Sequence record: NC_041878.1
DNA: 64,000 nucleotides
Strand: one strand, 5' to 3'
Position 1 is the stretch's first letter. Each line of letters starts with the position of its first letter. The notes under the pieces are model-generated. The model had not been told where the DNA came from and did no database searches. It saw only the letters and a program-made list of their open reading frames with translations. This document shows, piece by piece, positions 26,573 to 36,574 of the stretch. Both the position numbers and the translations under genes were made by a program.

Positions 26573-27016
26573 ATGCTCAATATACTAGAAAATATCGACC
26601 CAATAAATTATATTATTCAGGATGTTCTAAGTAACATCAATGGTCTTGAACTAGCACCACGAAATAATTTTTACATCGGTGATGGTTATTCACTGGATGT
26701 ACAGGAAGTACGTAAGAACATGTACAAATTAAAAGTACGAACACAGAACTTGCAGGATCTTTGTAACATTGCAATTGACAAGAAGAATCTTATTATTCGT
26801 TACAGTCCTGAATTTTTCTTTATACAAAATGGTCCATTCTTGAACACTAACTTGTTCGATGAACGTTTTGCATTAGAAGAATTACCTGATGTGTTTGAAC
26901 AGAACAATACTATATTCGGATTACCCGTTCAGTTCGAGTACAGTACTATGCAAGAAACTATACAAATGTGCCGTAGAGTTCATGATGAATTCTTGCGGAA
27001 AATTGCTTCGTTGTAA
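26573..27016 (+). CDS. hypothetical protein
   Basis: ORF. Confidence 0.75.
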   Translation: MLNILENIDPINYIIQDVLSNINGLELAPRNNFYIGDGYSLDVQEVRKNMYKLKVRTQNLQDLCNIAIDKKNLIIRYSPEFFFIQNGPFLNTNLFDERFALEELPDVFEQNNTIFGLPVQFEYSTMQETIQMCRRVHDEFLRKIASL

Positions 27017-27095
27017 TAAAAATGATACTCAAGGATGAGTATAAATACTTTTAGAGCACTGATGAGTGCATAAAAGGGTTCAAGGGAGTGAACGC

Positions 27096-27572
27096 ATGAA
27101 TATTATTCAAAAAGAGAATGGGCCGATTGATGATGTGATCACTCAAGACGGTTTTGAGGTACATGGGCTAATGTTTTCCATGAAAGATATTGTACAATGT
27201 CTTTTTCTATGTAGCTCAACTATGTACGAATTTTTTAATAATCCGATGTGTAATTGTTTTGCAGTAACAATTAACAGTACTGATAAGTGGATTATGGCAA
27301 CACCGATGACAATGAATACAGAATTTAATGAATGTGTCATGCGGAACAATAAAGGAAAGACCCCACAATCTGAAGTGGAAAAGTTACGTAATACTTATAC
27401 TAAGCCTGATGAGAAACATGTTTTAATGTTCATCTCTAAGGGTTACGTAATGGATAATTTCACGGTACGTGAAAGTTATCACGATTTTCTCTTTACAGAG
27501 GGTGAGCCTCATGTTATGATAACTGCTGAAGACATTGAGAGCTTAACACAGAAGAACCCATACTTGGAGTAA
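27096..27572 (+). CDS. hypothetical protein
   Basis: SD AGGGAG before ATG 27096. Confidence 0.75.
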   Translation: MNIIQKENGPIDDVITQDGFEVHGLMFSMKDIVQCLFLCSSTMYEFFNNPMCNCFAVTINSTDKWIMATPMTMNTEFNECVMRNNKGKTPQSEVEKLRNTYTKPDEKHVLMFISKGYVMDNFTVRESYHDFLFTEGEPHVMITAEDIESLTQKNPYLE

Positions 27573-27575
27573 TAA

Positions 27576-27746
27576 ATGGCTAAGTCGAAGAAGACTGAAA
27601 AAGTTGTTGTAAACAATCCAGTTGCAAAACACATGGAAACGTTCAATAAACCAAAAACTTTTACGGATCGTAAGAAAGATAATAAAAACGGTAAGATTAA
27701 ACACAAAGGACGCTATGATGCGTCCTTTGACGTTTCAAAGGAATGA
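27576..27746 (+). CDS. small very basic peptide (56 aa, not in track)
   Basis: SD GGAG; NPVAKHMETFNKPKTFTDRKK...KHK, a motif recalled from many myoviruses. Confidence 0.75.
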   Translation: MAKSKKTEKVVVNNPVAKHMETFNKPKTFTDRKKDNKNGKIKHKGRYDASFDVSKE

Positions 27747-27750
27747 AATT

Positions 27751-28359
27751 ATGGTGTCTGGTGTTGGCATATATGATGGCCCGTCTGGTATCAACAGAAA
27801 TAAATTAATTTATAATATTTGGGCGGCGATGATCAAACGATGTTATTCTGAAGATTATCTATCAAGAAACCCTTCTTATATAGGAACAGAAGTATGTGAT
27901 GAATGGAAATATTATTCTAACTTTGAAGAATGGTTTAAACAAAATTATAATGATGGTTATCAATTAGACAAAGATATAATTGCGGGTGATATGAAATTAT
28001 ATTCACCTGCAACATGTGCGTTCGTACCATCTTTTATTAATACAGCAATTTTAACTAATAGAATATCATCAGAATATCCTTTAGGTGTTTCATACAAGAA
28101 ACATAAAAAATTTGTATTCGCAAAACCATATGTTTCACAAATTAAAAAATTTGGTAAAGTAAAAAGTTTAGGTATGTATTCTACACCTGAAGAAGCACAC
28201 AGAGCTTGGCAGTTAGAAAAAATAAAATATTTTCAAGAATTAATAGAACGCTTTTCATATCTTGATGATAAAATATTAAATGGAATTCAACGTAGAATTT
28301 TTCTGTTAGAAGATGATATTAAAAATAATAGAATAACTAAAATATTAAACAAGGTTTAA
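27751..28359 (+). CDS. free-standing HNH-type homing endonuclease
   Basis: YNIWAAMIKRCY..VCDEW..F..W...YQLDKDII..YSPATCAFVP..IN; C-terminal AP2-like LG.Y.TPEEAHRAW. Confidence 0.8.
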   Translation: MVSGVGIYDGPSGINRNKLIYNIWAAMIKRCYSEDYLSRNPSYIGTEVCDEWKYYSNFEEWFKQNYNDGYQLDKDIIAGDMKLYSPATCAFVPSFINTAILTNRISSEYPLGVSYKKHKKFVFAKPYVSQIKKFGKVKSLGMYSTPEEAHRAWQLEKIKYFQELIERFSYLDDKILNGIQRRIFLLEDDIKNNRITKILNKV

Positions 28360-29247
28360 ATGTTAGATTTCAAACAGTACTCAATAAAAGAATGCATAGA
28401 ACAAGCATGTTTTGGAAAGTGGCACTCTCCTTTAATAATTGGAACTACTGAAAACAAATTCGATTCATATATTGGTCAAACAAGTTTTACACAGTACTAT
28501 ACATATAATGATAAAAAATTTATGGCTTGGAGTACATGGTATGATGGCAGAGAATATGAACCGAATCAAGAATTTGAATTCTCTGTTAAAACACAAGAGC
28601 CAGATTTTCGTGAACGTTCTTATCATTTGCATTATATACTTAGAAGATTCGAAGAAATTTTAGAACTAAAGAATAGTGGTTTCTCATATAAAATTAAGAA
28701 AGATGGTACAAAGTACTTAACTAAGAAGCGTTATGAATTCAAAGATAGAACTCTTAGAATGGATTTATTACGCAATGAATATACTTGGTATTATAAATCT
28801 CATCGTCATATGACAAAAATAAACAAGAATAAAACGTCAGAGCATTTCATACACTTTAAAGAATTTGATGTTGATATTCGTGAGAATTATAATTCGAAGG
28901 GTATTTGTACTAGAAGTCTACTGCATGTTAGTGATGGGCGTTCTATACAAATGCATTTAAAGAAAGGTGTAGTTAGTGTTTACTGCCAATGTGAATTTGG
29001 GACTTTAAAGAACTTCACAATTAAATTACCAAATTTAAAAGATGCATCAGTACTTCATCTTTATGATGCTTCTAATTGTTTTATTCTAGATTTAATGTTA
29101 CCTGATAATGAGTTATTCGTTGCGTACACTAGTACACTTCGATTATTAAAACAATGTGTACAGAACTGTTTAATGAATGATACAATTATCAATCCAGTAC
29201 TAAGGACTATGTTGGAAAGTATAGAAGAATATGAAAAGAAAAATTAA
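28360..29247 (+). CDS. hypothetical protein
   Basis: ORF 295 aa. Confidence 0.8.
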   Translation: MLDFKQYSIKECIEQACFGKWHSPLIIGTTENKFDSYIGQTSFTQYYTYNDKKFMAWSTWYDGREYEPNQEFEFSVKTQEPDFRERSYHLHYILRRFEEILELKNSGFSYKIKKDGTKYLTKKRYEFKDRTLRMDLLRNEYTWYYKSHRHMTKINKNKTSEHFIHFKEFDVDIRENYNSKGICTRSLLHVSDGRSIQMHLKKGVVSVYCQCEFGTLKNFTIKLPNLKDASVLHLYDASNCFILDLMLPDNELFVAYTSTLRLLKQCVQNCLMNDTIINPVLRTMLESIEEYEKKN

Positions 29248-29551
29248 ATTCAGAGATGGTATTCCTAAATTTATCTGGCTTGGTGCACGTGGATTTCCGA
29301 GAGATAGTGATGTAGTTGAGTATCGTGATGATACATTAATTCGAGTTAGTACTGCACCAAATTATCGTGCAGCATTAGAACGAATTTACACTTCTTCGCA
29401 ACGCATGGAAGAACAAGATCGGGAGAAGTATTTGTTTGCATTGCTTCAGTACTTGGATGATGAAGACGAAGATACTTTCTATCTTATGCTTATGGATTTC
29501 AAAGACTGGCACAAAGTGATGGATATGGATCACAAAAGTGAAACAGAATAA
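29231..29551 (+). CDS. hypothetical protein
   Basis: ORF. Confidence 0.75.
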   Translation: MKRKIKFRDGIPKFIWLGARGFPRDSDVVEYRDDTLIRVSTAPNYRAALERIYTSSQRMEEQDREKYLFALLQYLDDEDEDTFYLMLMDFKDWHKVMDMDHKSETE

Positions 29552-29594
29552 TTTTTTATGGTATAATGTACGCACCTAACGAGAGGGTTATATA

Positions 29595-29993
29595 ATGAAC
29601 AAGACACATTCAGGATTTCTGAAAACCATTACTGGAGTAGTTCTGATCACCAAAGACGGTGAAGATATGCTTTGCTGTTTAGAAGATATGCAAAGTACTA
29701 AACATTTTACTATTGGACAAATTTTTACTGCGGTACGAGTACTGAATGGTAAAAGTGTTAATGACTATGGTAATCTCTGGCCTAAATTCCGTGTGAGTTC
29801 GAATGGTCCAATATCAAACGATTGGATTGCATTACAACAGATTCATTCGAATTGTGAATCAGACTATGAATTTTTAGTTGCGGTTTGCGAACAACTTAAA
29901 GAAGAAGTACCAGATGTTGTTCCTCGTGCTAAAGTTCAAGAACAATTAAATCTGTTCAAAGAAATCATGGCAGATTTAGCTGCTGCTAATTAA
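29595..29993 (+). CDS. hypothetical protein
   Basis: TGgTATAAT promoter; SD GAGGG. Confidence 0.8.
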   Translation: MNKTHSGFLKTITGVVLITKDGEDMLCCLEDMQSTKHFTIGQIFTAVRVLNGKSVNDYGNLWPKFRVSSNGPISNDWIALQQIHSNCESDYEFLVAVCEQLKEEVPDVVPRAKVQEQLNLFKEIMADLAAAN

Positions 29994-30017
29994 TAATATA
30001 ATATAAAGGATGATATT

Positions 30018-30368
30018 ATGTCAAACGGAACTGACAAATTCAACATGTTCGAAGGTTTTGAAGAACCAAAAGTACGCAAAGTACTTCATGATGATTCACA
30101 AGATGAAAACGATGTTGACAATGAATACAATGATGACGTTGAAATAGTTAGCGTCACAATGAAAACTGAAAGTCGTAAGAAATTTGCTGCATCAGTAGTG
30201 TCTCGTTCACAAGAAGAATATGAAACATTTATTGAATCAGTACATTACGAAACTCTAACTCATCCAGTTAGTGGTGTAGAATATCAGGTGAAAGTAACTG
30301 TACTAAAACCAGAAATTAACCCACAAGAGCTACTTCGTCCTGCTTACGCTTACAGTACTAACCATTAA
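30018..30368 (+). CDS. acidic hypothetical protein
   Basis: SD AAGGA; terminator GGGGC/GCCCC-TTTT follows. Confidence 0.8.
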   Translation: MSNGTDKFNMFEGFEEPKVRKVLHDDSQDENDVDNEYNDDVEIVSVTMKTESRKKFAASVVSRSQEEYETFIESVHYETLTHPVSGVEYQVKVTVLKPEINPQELLRPAYAYSTNH

Positions 30369-30408
30369 TATTAGGGGCTTAATTGCCCCTTTTCTATAGG
30401 ATTTAATA

Positions 30409-30729
30409 ATGAACTTAGCTGTGTTCTATGTAATAATTGGTTTCCTGGTTTTAGTTTATGTAGTACTTGCACATCTATACGCAACATGGAAATACATCAA
30501 GCAGCTTTATACTGCTAAGTATGTTGAACCAAAGAAAATCAAAACATACTTCGGTTTCAAATATTGGTCATGGTCAAACAATGATTCGTGGATTGAAATT
30601 GTTGGTTTAAGTACATTAGTAATGTTGCTATGGGCTTTAGTTAGCTTTATTGCATGGCCTCTCACTGTAATATTCTTCTTGAATAATAGTATTGAGAAAG
30701 CTCGTGAACGTATTGAAAATGGAGATTAA
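30409..30729 (+). CDS. membrane protein
   Basis: Two hydrophobic segments. Confidence 0.8.
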   Translation: MNLAVFYVIIGFLVLVYVVLAHLYATWKYIKQLYTAKYVEPKKIKTYFGFKYWSWSNNDSWIEIVGLSTLVMLLWALVSFIAWPLTVIFFLNNSIEKARERIENGD

Positions 30730-30732
30730 TTT

Positions 30733-31506
30733 TTGAACTTGCGAGAAATACAAGCATTGCAAAATCAACGTGACGACGAAATTCGTTACGTTGCTAATAG
30801 CATTGATCCTAAACTTATGGGTTACTTAAACTATCAGGATTTATTCGATGATAAGTACATGGATAATGCTCTTATGAGTGAATATACTGAAAAGTTATCT
30901 ACACTTGTACATCAGGCTAATGTTAAAATACAAGTAGAAACAGAGCAGTACTTAGTTAATTTCATTAACGATATGAGTACTGTCCTCGATAATACTGGTT
31001 ATCTTACAAGTACTGGAGAAGAAACTCATTCGTTTTTGAACTTTGATAGTATTCCTGAATCATATGTTCCTAGCGTAGAAATTGAATCTGTATGGACTGC
31101 TGTACATGAACTTCGCCACAAATATAAGTATTCACCATTCTGGAAAAAGCATGGATATACTTTATATGGAAATGGCGAAACGGTATGTGTAGTACCTGCC
31201 AGTACTCCGCAAGAATTCATACAATTAAATCGTGCTCAATTTACTAAGAGTTTTGGTGATACCAACTTAGGTAAAATGGAACGTGCAGCTAGGATAAAAG
31301 AAACTAAATTCGATTATCCAATTTATGTACCTGCCCTTTCTCCATATGAAGAACGGAATATTCCTAGTTCATACGAAGAAGCTATTCGTCGGCATCTTAT
31401 TTTGAAAGAAGCGATGGAAGGTACTTTATCAGATGAGTATATTGAATATCGTTCTATTATTGATGCTGAAGGTAATGTCACGCTTGAACCACTAGGATAT
31501 TTCTAA
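30733..31506 (+). CDS. hypothetical protein
   Basis: TTG start after GGAG. Confidence 0.75.
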   Translation: MNLREIQALQNQRDDEIRYVANSIDPKLMGYLNYQDLFDDKYMDNALMSEYTEKLSTLVHQANVKIQVETEQYLVNFINDMSTVLDNTGYLTSTGEETHSFLNFDSIPESYVPSVEIESVWTAVHELRHKYKYSPFWKKHGYTLYGNGETVCVVPASTPQEFIQLNRAQFTKSFGDTNLGKMERAARIKETKFDYPIYVPALSPYEERNIPSSYEEAIRRHLILKEAMEGTLSDEYIEYRSIIDAEGNVTLEPLGYF

Positions 31507-32300
31507 TGTTTTTAAGATTCTTTTTATCCTTTACTGATTCACAACGAAGTGGATTTTCTGTTGGGAGAAGTCGTGCTGCAAATCAGGCATCAGATGCACC
31601 TGATTTCAAAATCCCATTACGTCAAAGAACAACATTCGGTGCAGTACTTGCAACAATTGCTGCGAAGATGGACAGACGTACACAGTACTTAAACAACTAT
31701 TATCATTCCAGAGAAATATTGGTCAATCTTTCCGAGGAATCAATGTTTCAACTGGAGACATTATGTGTGTCTGAGTATTGTTATTGTACTTACAACTTAG
31801 AAACTAAGATGATTGGTTTTGGAAATACTATACGAGAAGCATATGATGCATCCACTGAAATAGGATTTCCTGGTGTGTCTATTGGTGGTGTATCCAATAG
31901 TACTAAGCCTAATTATATGATTAGGTTTTATAAAGAAAAACCAGAAAAAGAAAAGATGGAATTCACATGTCCAGATGGTTTTTATGAGCAAGTACTTAAT
32001 GAATTAAAACCATATATTGTATTCGAAAAGAACTTTTTCTTTAAGAATTGCACTGATATTCTTGAAAGAGAAGGACAATTCCTAGATGAAGTTATTGATA
32101 ACTATTATGATACGACGATTGCTAATCAAATAAGCTATCATGGTAGTACTTTACATAGTACTGAATTCAAGTACACTGTAAAAATGTTTATGGAAGATGA
32201 TCCTGATATTTTACAGAACAAAGATTATCACGAATCTGGTTTTCGTCTATTAGGTGCTATGTGTCTTAAAATCATGCTGATGACAGATGAAACATTTTAA
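31506..32300 (+). CDS. hypothetical protein
   Basis: TAATG coupling. Confidence 0.8.
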   Translation: MFLRFFLSFTDSQRSGFSVGRSRAANQASDAPDFKIPLRQRTTFGAVLATIAAKMDRRTQYLNNYYHSREILVNLSEESMFQLETLCVSEYCYCTYNLETKMIGFGNTIREAYDASTEIGFPGVSIGGVSNSTKPNYMIRFYKEKPEKEKMEFTCPDGFYEQVLNELKPYIVFEKNFFFKNCTDILEREGQFLDEVIDNYYDTTIANQISYHGSTLHSTEFKYTVKMFMEDDPDILQNKDYHESGFRLLGAMCLKIMLMTDETF

Positions 32301-32321
32301 TTTTTTATGCTATAATGTATA

Positions 32322-32975
32322 GGACGGTACAGTGTATCGTCCTTTTTTAATTGAGAAAAACTCTGAATGGCCTTGAAGAACAAGGATAGTTTTTACCTGA
32401 TTCCGATGACAATGTAATTGGACAGATGAGTAGTTCATTCAGTACGAACAGCAAAAGAAACCCGTTAGATGTTGGCATAGTTTGTACCACTCACGGCAAT
32501 GCGGCTGTATAAAGAAACATTACAATAGTGACATGTTTCCTAGATAGACATATAAGGATACTACCTTACCATACTCTATAAGGGAGTAGTATCAGATTTT
32601 GTACAATAAAGTTGCGTCCAAAATTTGAGATCTACAAGTACTATGTTTGATTGTATAGACATGTACTAAGCGAGCTAAGACCTCGACCGTTGTTAGAACT
32701 GAGATAAGAAGAAACCGAACAACCCGCTTCTGTACTGCAAAGTAATTCTCAATACAATATTGTTATGACTATCATCGTCAGATTTCATCTCCCCTGCGGG
32801 GGATGAAATTGTATCAACAAATCTCGTCAGTAATAGAAGTGTTGAACGTACAGTAATTATTAAGTAAGAGAGGTAAATCACTACAGAACTGAAACGTCAG
32901 TGGAAGTTCAAAAGTGATTTACTGGAACATCGTGAGATGTTCCTTGTATAATGAATCAGCTACGTACTGATTCCT
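32322..32975 (+). ncRNA. candidate large structured ncRNA (~650 nt)
   Basis: No credible ORF; TGcTATAAT upstream; 7-10 bp stems at 32557/32586, 32782/32802, 32873/32913, 32924/32936 (GUGA loop), 32953/32967; strand inferred. Confidence 0.55.
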
Positions 32976-32989
32976 AAAGTGAGATGTAA

Positions 32990-33514
32990 ATGAAGATCGT
33001 GTACAAATGTAAGCAAACAGGTGAAGTTAGAAGTACTGTAAATTTGAATGAATTTAGTGGTTATAAGATACAGATTGAGCATAATAAAATAAGCAAGATA
33101 ACGGAATTGTTAAACAACGAAGTACTTGCTTTAATTAATTATCGCCCGACTAAAACCACACTCATACATAAAATTGAATACAATGGACACGTAGAATACA
33201 GGTACAATAATAATAAAGTTGACTCAATGTACTTTGAATTTAATAACAAACGATACGGTGAATATAAGAAATTTAATCCATCTGGTGAACTAGTAGACAG
33301 GAAGTACTACTATGAGAATCGAGATATTACCGAAGAAGTTATGCGATTCATTGGGTACAAAGATGATCCGAATGATTTCAAATATTACACATTTCAGGAA
33401 GATGAAGTGTTTAATTTGATGATGAAATACGGATTATATTTTAGGTTTTGTTTTGAATCTGAAAGGGAAAGTTCAGAGTTTGACTTGATTACTGAGTACT
33501 GTCAAATTAACTAA
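32990..33514 (+). CDS. hypothetical protein with MORN-variant-like segment and array-like C-terminus
   Basis: YGEYKKFNPSGELVDRKYYYEN; FQEDEVFNLMMKY. Confidence 0.75.
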   Translation: MKIVYKCKQTGEVRSTVNLNEFSGYKIQIEHNKISKITELLNNEVLALINYRPTKTTLIHKIEYNGHVEYRYNNNKVDSMYFEFNNKRYGEYKKFNPSGELVDRKYYYENRDITEEVMRFIGYKDDPNDFKYYTFQEDEVFNLMMKYGLYFRFCFESERESSEFDLITEYCQIN

Positions 33515-33526
33515 AAAGGAATTATC

Positions 33527-34069
33527 ATGGAAGATAAAAACATGTCAGTGCATTACAGTTCAGCATCGAATACTTGGGATACTCCCGATGACTTCTATCA
33601 GAAACTACATGCAGCATGGAATTTCACATTAGATCCAGCAGCAATGGATGATACTGCTAAATGTGAAAAGTACTACACTCCTGAAACTGATGGCCTAGCA
33701 CATTCATGGGCTGGGGAAACTGTTTGGTGTAATCCACCGTATGGTCGTGAAATCAGTAAATGGTTTAAGAAATTCGATGAAGAATTTAAAGAGAATGGTA
33801 CTACTATCATTGCTCTACCACCAGCACGTACTGATACGCAGTACTTTCACAAGTACGTTCGTAATTCTGCTACTGCTATTTGTTTTGTTAAAGGACGTTT
33901 GAAATTTGATAACCGTAGTCTTCCATCATGGACAGAAGATGGTTCTCATAAGAAAACTGGTGCTCCATTCCCAAGCATGGTTGTTGTGTATGATAACAAC
34001 ATTACTGCTGAAAAGTATGAAGTACTGAATAGTCTTGGTTTCGTCGTTCAACCTTTTATACTTGGATAA
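33527..34069 (+). CDS. phage N6-adenine DNA methyltransferase (T1/HP1 Dam-like family)
   Basis: WDTP..F, FTLDPAA, DGLAHSW, WCNPPY, LPPARTDT, GRLKF, APFPS. Confidence 0.92.
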   Translation: MEDKNMSVHYSSASNTWDTPDDFYQKLHAAWNFTLDPAAMDDTAKCEKYYTPETDGLAHSWAGETVWCNPPYGREISKWFKKFDEEFKENGTTIIALPPARTDTQYFHKYVRNSATAICFVKGRLKFDNRSLPSWTEDGSHKKTGAPFPSMVVVYDNNITAEKYEVLNSLGFVVQPFILG

Positions 34070-34072
34070 AAA

Positions 34073-34630
34073 ATGAAAAAGACTTGTATCATGGTGTACG
34101 GACGTTTTAATCCAGTACATTTAGGCCATGCGGGAATCTTTGGTTATGGATTAACTATGAAGAATTCTATTCCGAATTCTGATTTGAAAATCTTTGTAAG
34201 TACTACAACTGATAAAGAAGATAACCCATTGCCTTACTCATTGAAGATAGAAATGATAAAAGATTATTTTCCAGCGTTTAGTGATTATATTCAAATTGAA
34301 CAGGGAAGTACTTTGTTCGGTACATTAGAAATGTTAGATCCCAAATATGATGATTTAATCTTACTTTGTGGATCAGACCGAGTTGTTCATTTCGATTCAG
34401 TACTGAAAAAATACAATGGTACACTTTATAATTTCGATAAAATTGAAGTTATGAATATGGGTTATCGTGCTACAAGTCCTTATAGTAGTACTGTTATGCG
34501 GGATGCAGTACGAGCAAATGATTTTGATACATTTTGCTCTTGTCTTCCCCCTGGGGAACATGATATGAATAAGAAATATTTCGATTATATTGCAGCATGT
34601 ATGGGAATTTATCATGATATTCAAAACTAA
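34073..34630 (+). CDS. cytidyltransferase-like (HxGH) nucleotidyltransferase
   Basis: YGRFNPVHLGH, DNPL, CGSDR, SSTVMR. Confidence 0.85.
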   Translation: MKKTCIMVYGRFNPVHLGHAGIFGYGLTMKNSIPNSDLKIFVSTTTDKEDNPLPYSLKIEMIKDYFPAFSDYIQIEQGSTLFGTLEMLDPKYDDLILLCGSDRVVHFDSVLKKYNGTLYNFDKIEVMNMGYRATSPYSSTVMRDAVRANDFDTFCSCLPPGEHDMNKKYFDYIAACMGIYHDIQN

Positions 34631-34895
34631 TCATATGTTTTGGGATGAGAATGAAAGTACTGGATACCGTCATGTTTCGGTTGAATATAATGACCGTGTT
34701 CTGATGGCTGTAACGTCCTACAAGGTGATGGGAGTATGGGGTGCACAGGTCATCCCTATGGGCTTTTCGTTCAAGCAGGATGAGGTACAGGCGTTCTCAG
34801 ACATGTTTTCAGTACTGCCTAAGCTTATGGAATTCATGTGTAGTGAGAGCTTAACTGTTGAAGAAATGCAAGAATTTCTCTTGACAATCCAGTAA
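34614..34895 (+). CDS. hypothetical protein
   Basis: ORF. Confidence 0.7.
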   Translation: MIFKTNHMFWDENESTGYRHVSVEYNDRVLMAVTSYKVMGVWGAQVIPMGFSFKQDEVQAFSDMFSVLPKLMEFMCSESLTVEEMQEFLLTIQ

Positions 34896-34941
34896 GCGAA
34901 GCGGTACTATGAGATTTTCAACTCTATAAGGGAAAATATTA

Positions 34942-35490
34942 ATGGCGAGTTATATGACAAAAACATTCGCAAAGTACTTGCGTTTAGGGATTACACCTCG
35001 TCCTGTCCGTGGTAATTGGAAGGATGGGGATTACATGTACAGCATTTATCATGATGATGTACAGTACACTATTGATGACATGGGTGATTATGAAATTGAT
35101 TCTGATGTTTCATACATTCTTGAATGTCTTCAGGCACGTGATCTAATTATCGAACGTAACCACGATGTAGTTCGTTGTGTTTATGAACATCTTGTCAAGT
35201 ACTTTGATACAGATATTTGGGTACGTGTAAACAGTGGTATTCAGTTAACCTGTTCATTTGGTGATCGTGATGGTGTGTTTGCACATCTTTCAATGGACTT
35301 TGTTAATGCGGCAGATTATGAAGCGGCTGTTAACAAGTTTAAGAAAATGATCAAAAATGTTCCTGGATTTGAAGATGCAGAAGTACCTGATGGTTTTGTC
35401 ATGATGGTCATTAGTCCTAATAAGTCACAAGCATTTGATGAGTTTGAGCATCCCAAAATCAAAGTACTAAACATTGGTGATAGCAAATAA
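34942..35490 (+). CDS. hypothetical protein
   Basis: Promoter TTGACA..TACTAT; SD AAGGG. Confidence 0.8.
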   Translation: MASYMTKTFAKYLRLGITPRPVRGNWKDGDYMYSIYHDDVQYTIDDMGDYEIDSDVSYILECLQARDLIIERNHDVVRCVYEHLVKYFDTDIWVRVNSGIQLTCSFGDRDGVFAHLSMDFVNAADYEAAVNKFKKMIKNVPGFEDAEVPDGFVMMVISPNKSQAFDEFEHPKIKVLNIGDSK

Positions 35491-35527
35491 AAATAAGCGG
35501 AATACCATTCCGCTTTAACGGATTTAT

Positions 35528-35686
35528 ATGAGAAAAGACAGAAAGAGTGAAGACCGAGATTACTTAAAACAATTTGAGAATAAGTCTGTAGAAGAACTTC
35601 TTGATATTTTAAGTAAAGAGGCAGAAGAATTAAAACAATTAATCAAGAGTATCTTGAATCGGGGTGATAAAAATGGAAAAGACTGA
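35528..35686 (+). CDS. small helical protein (52 aa, not in track)
   Basis: ATG after GGA; overlaps next start. Confidence 0.55.
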   Translation: MRKDRKSEDRDYLKQFENKSVEELLDILSKEAEELKQLIKSILNRGDKNGKD

Positions 35687-36374
35687 GTATACAAAATTAC
35701 GAACTAAAGTACTTGGTATTATTGAAGGTTTAACTTTATGTGAACCAAAGTACTTTGATGTTCGTCGTGCAATCATTTATGCAGAACAGATACATAGCAA
35801 TCAACGCCGTGATGGTAATCCAGAATTCTCCCATCAGCTTGAGATGCTTAGTCTTGCATTAAGTCTTCATAACTCGCTCCTTAATCCCTATGAAGTTTAT
35901 ATGGCAATCATTATTCATGATACCATTGAGGACTATCCAGAGTACCAACAAGAACTGTCTCGTATGTTCCCTGACACAGTTAAGTATGGTCGCACACTAT
36001 CTAAATTTGTTGATTCAGATTCGGATAATGGTAAGACTTATTATGAGTATTTTGCACAAATAGCTGAGTGTGCAGTTTGTTCAGTAGTTAAAATGATTGA
36101 CCGTATTCATAATCTCAGTACTGCTGTGGGTGTATTCAGCCTAGAAAAACTTGCTGAATATTGCGATGAAGTAGAGAAGTACTTTGTTGAAATGGTTCAC
36201 TCTGCTAAGAATAAATTTAATCAGCGTGAAGTGTACGAAGTACTGAAATTTATGCTTATGACTGCTGTACGCACGATTCGTTCATTTTTAACGATTATGC
36301 ATAATAATGAATTGGAAGCCAACAAACAAGTAGTGTATGATGAGTTGATGGAACGAATAAAAGGTAAACTATGA
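35673..36374 (+). CDS. RelA/SpoT-type HD hydrolase (SAH/Mesh1-like)
   Basis: HSNQRRDGNPEFSH, IHDTIED, VKMIDRIHNL. Confidence 0.8.
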   Translation: MEKTEYTKLRTKVLGIIEGLTLCEPKYFDVRRAIIYAEQIHSNQRRDGNPEFSHQLEMLSLALSLHNSLLNPYEVYMAIIIHDTIEDYPEYQQELSRMFPDTVKYGRTLSKFVDSDSDNGKTYYEYFAQIAECAVCSVVKMIDRIHNLSTAVGVFSLEKLAEYCDEVEKYFVEMVHSAKNKFNQREVYEVLKFMLMTAVRTIRSFLTIMHNNELEANKQVVYDELMERIKGKL

Positions 36375-36574
36375 CCAAAAAAATCATTGTATTCATTGAA
36401 GTACTAACACTCATATTATTATGGGTGTGTACTTTGTTCCTGAATGCAACAACTGGCCTTCTATGGGTCAACATTGTAAGTAGCCTTGCAATGAGTATTA
36501 GCTCGTTAGGAACGGGTTTTATATTATACGAAATATGGAAAGAGTGGAAAGAAATTGAATCTAACAAATCATAA
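36371..36574 (+). CDS. membrane protein
   Basis: Two hydrophobic segments. Confidence 0.7.
   Translation: MTKKIIVFIEVLTLILLWVCTLFLNATTGLLWVNIVSSLAMSISSLGTGFILYEIWKEWKEIESNKS

Noticed and set aside
32322-32975. Group I/II intron, tmRNA, RNase P or retron msr-msd
   Set aside because: Flanking genes are intact, I found no P7, domain V, tRNA-like ends or P4 consensus, and there is no RT. Only a cmscan could fully exclude these.
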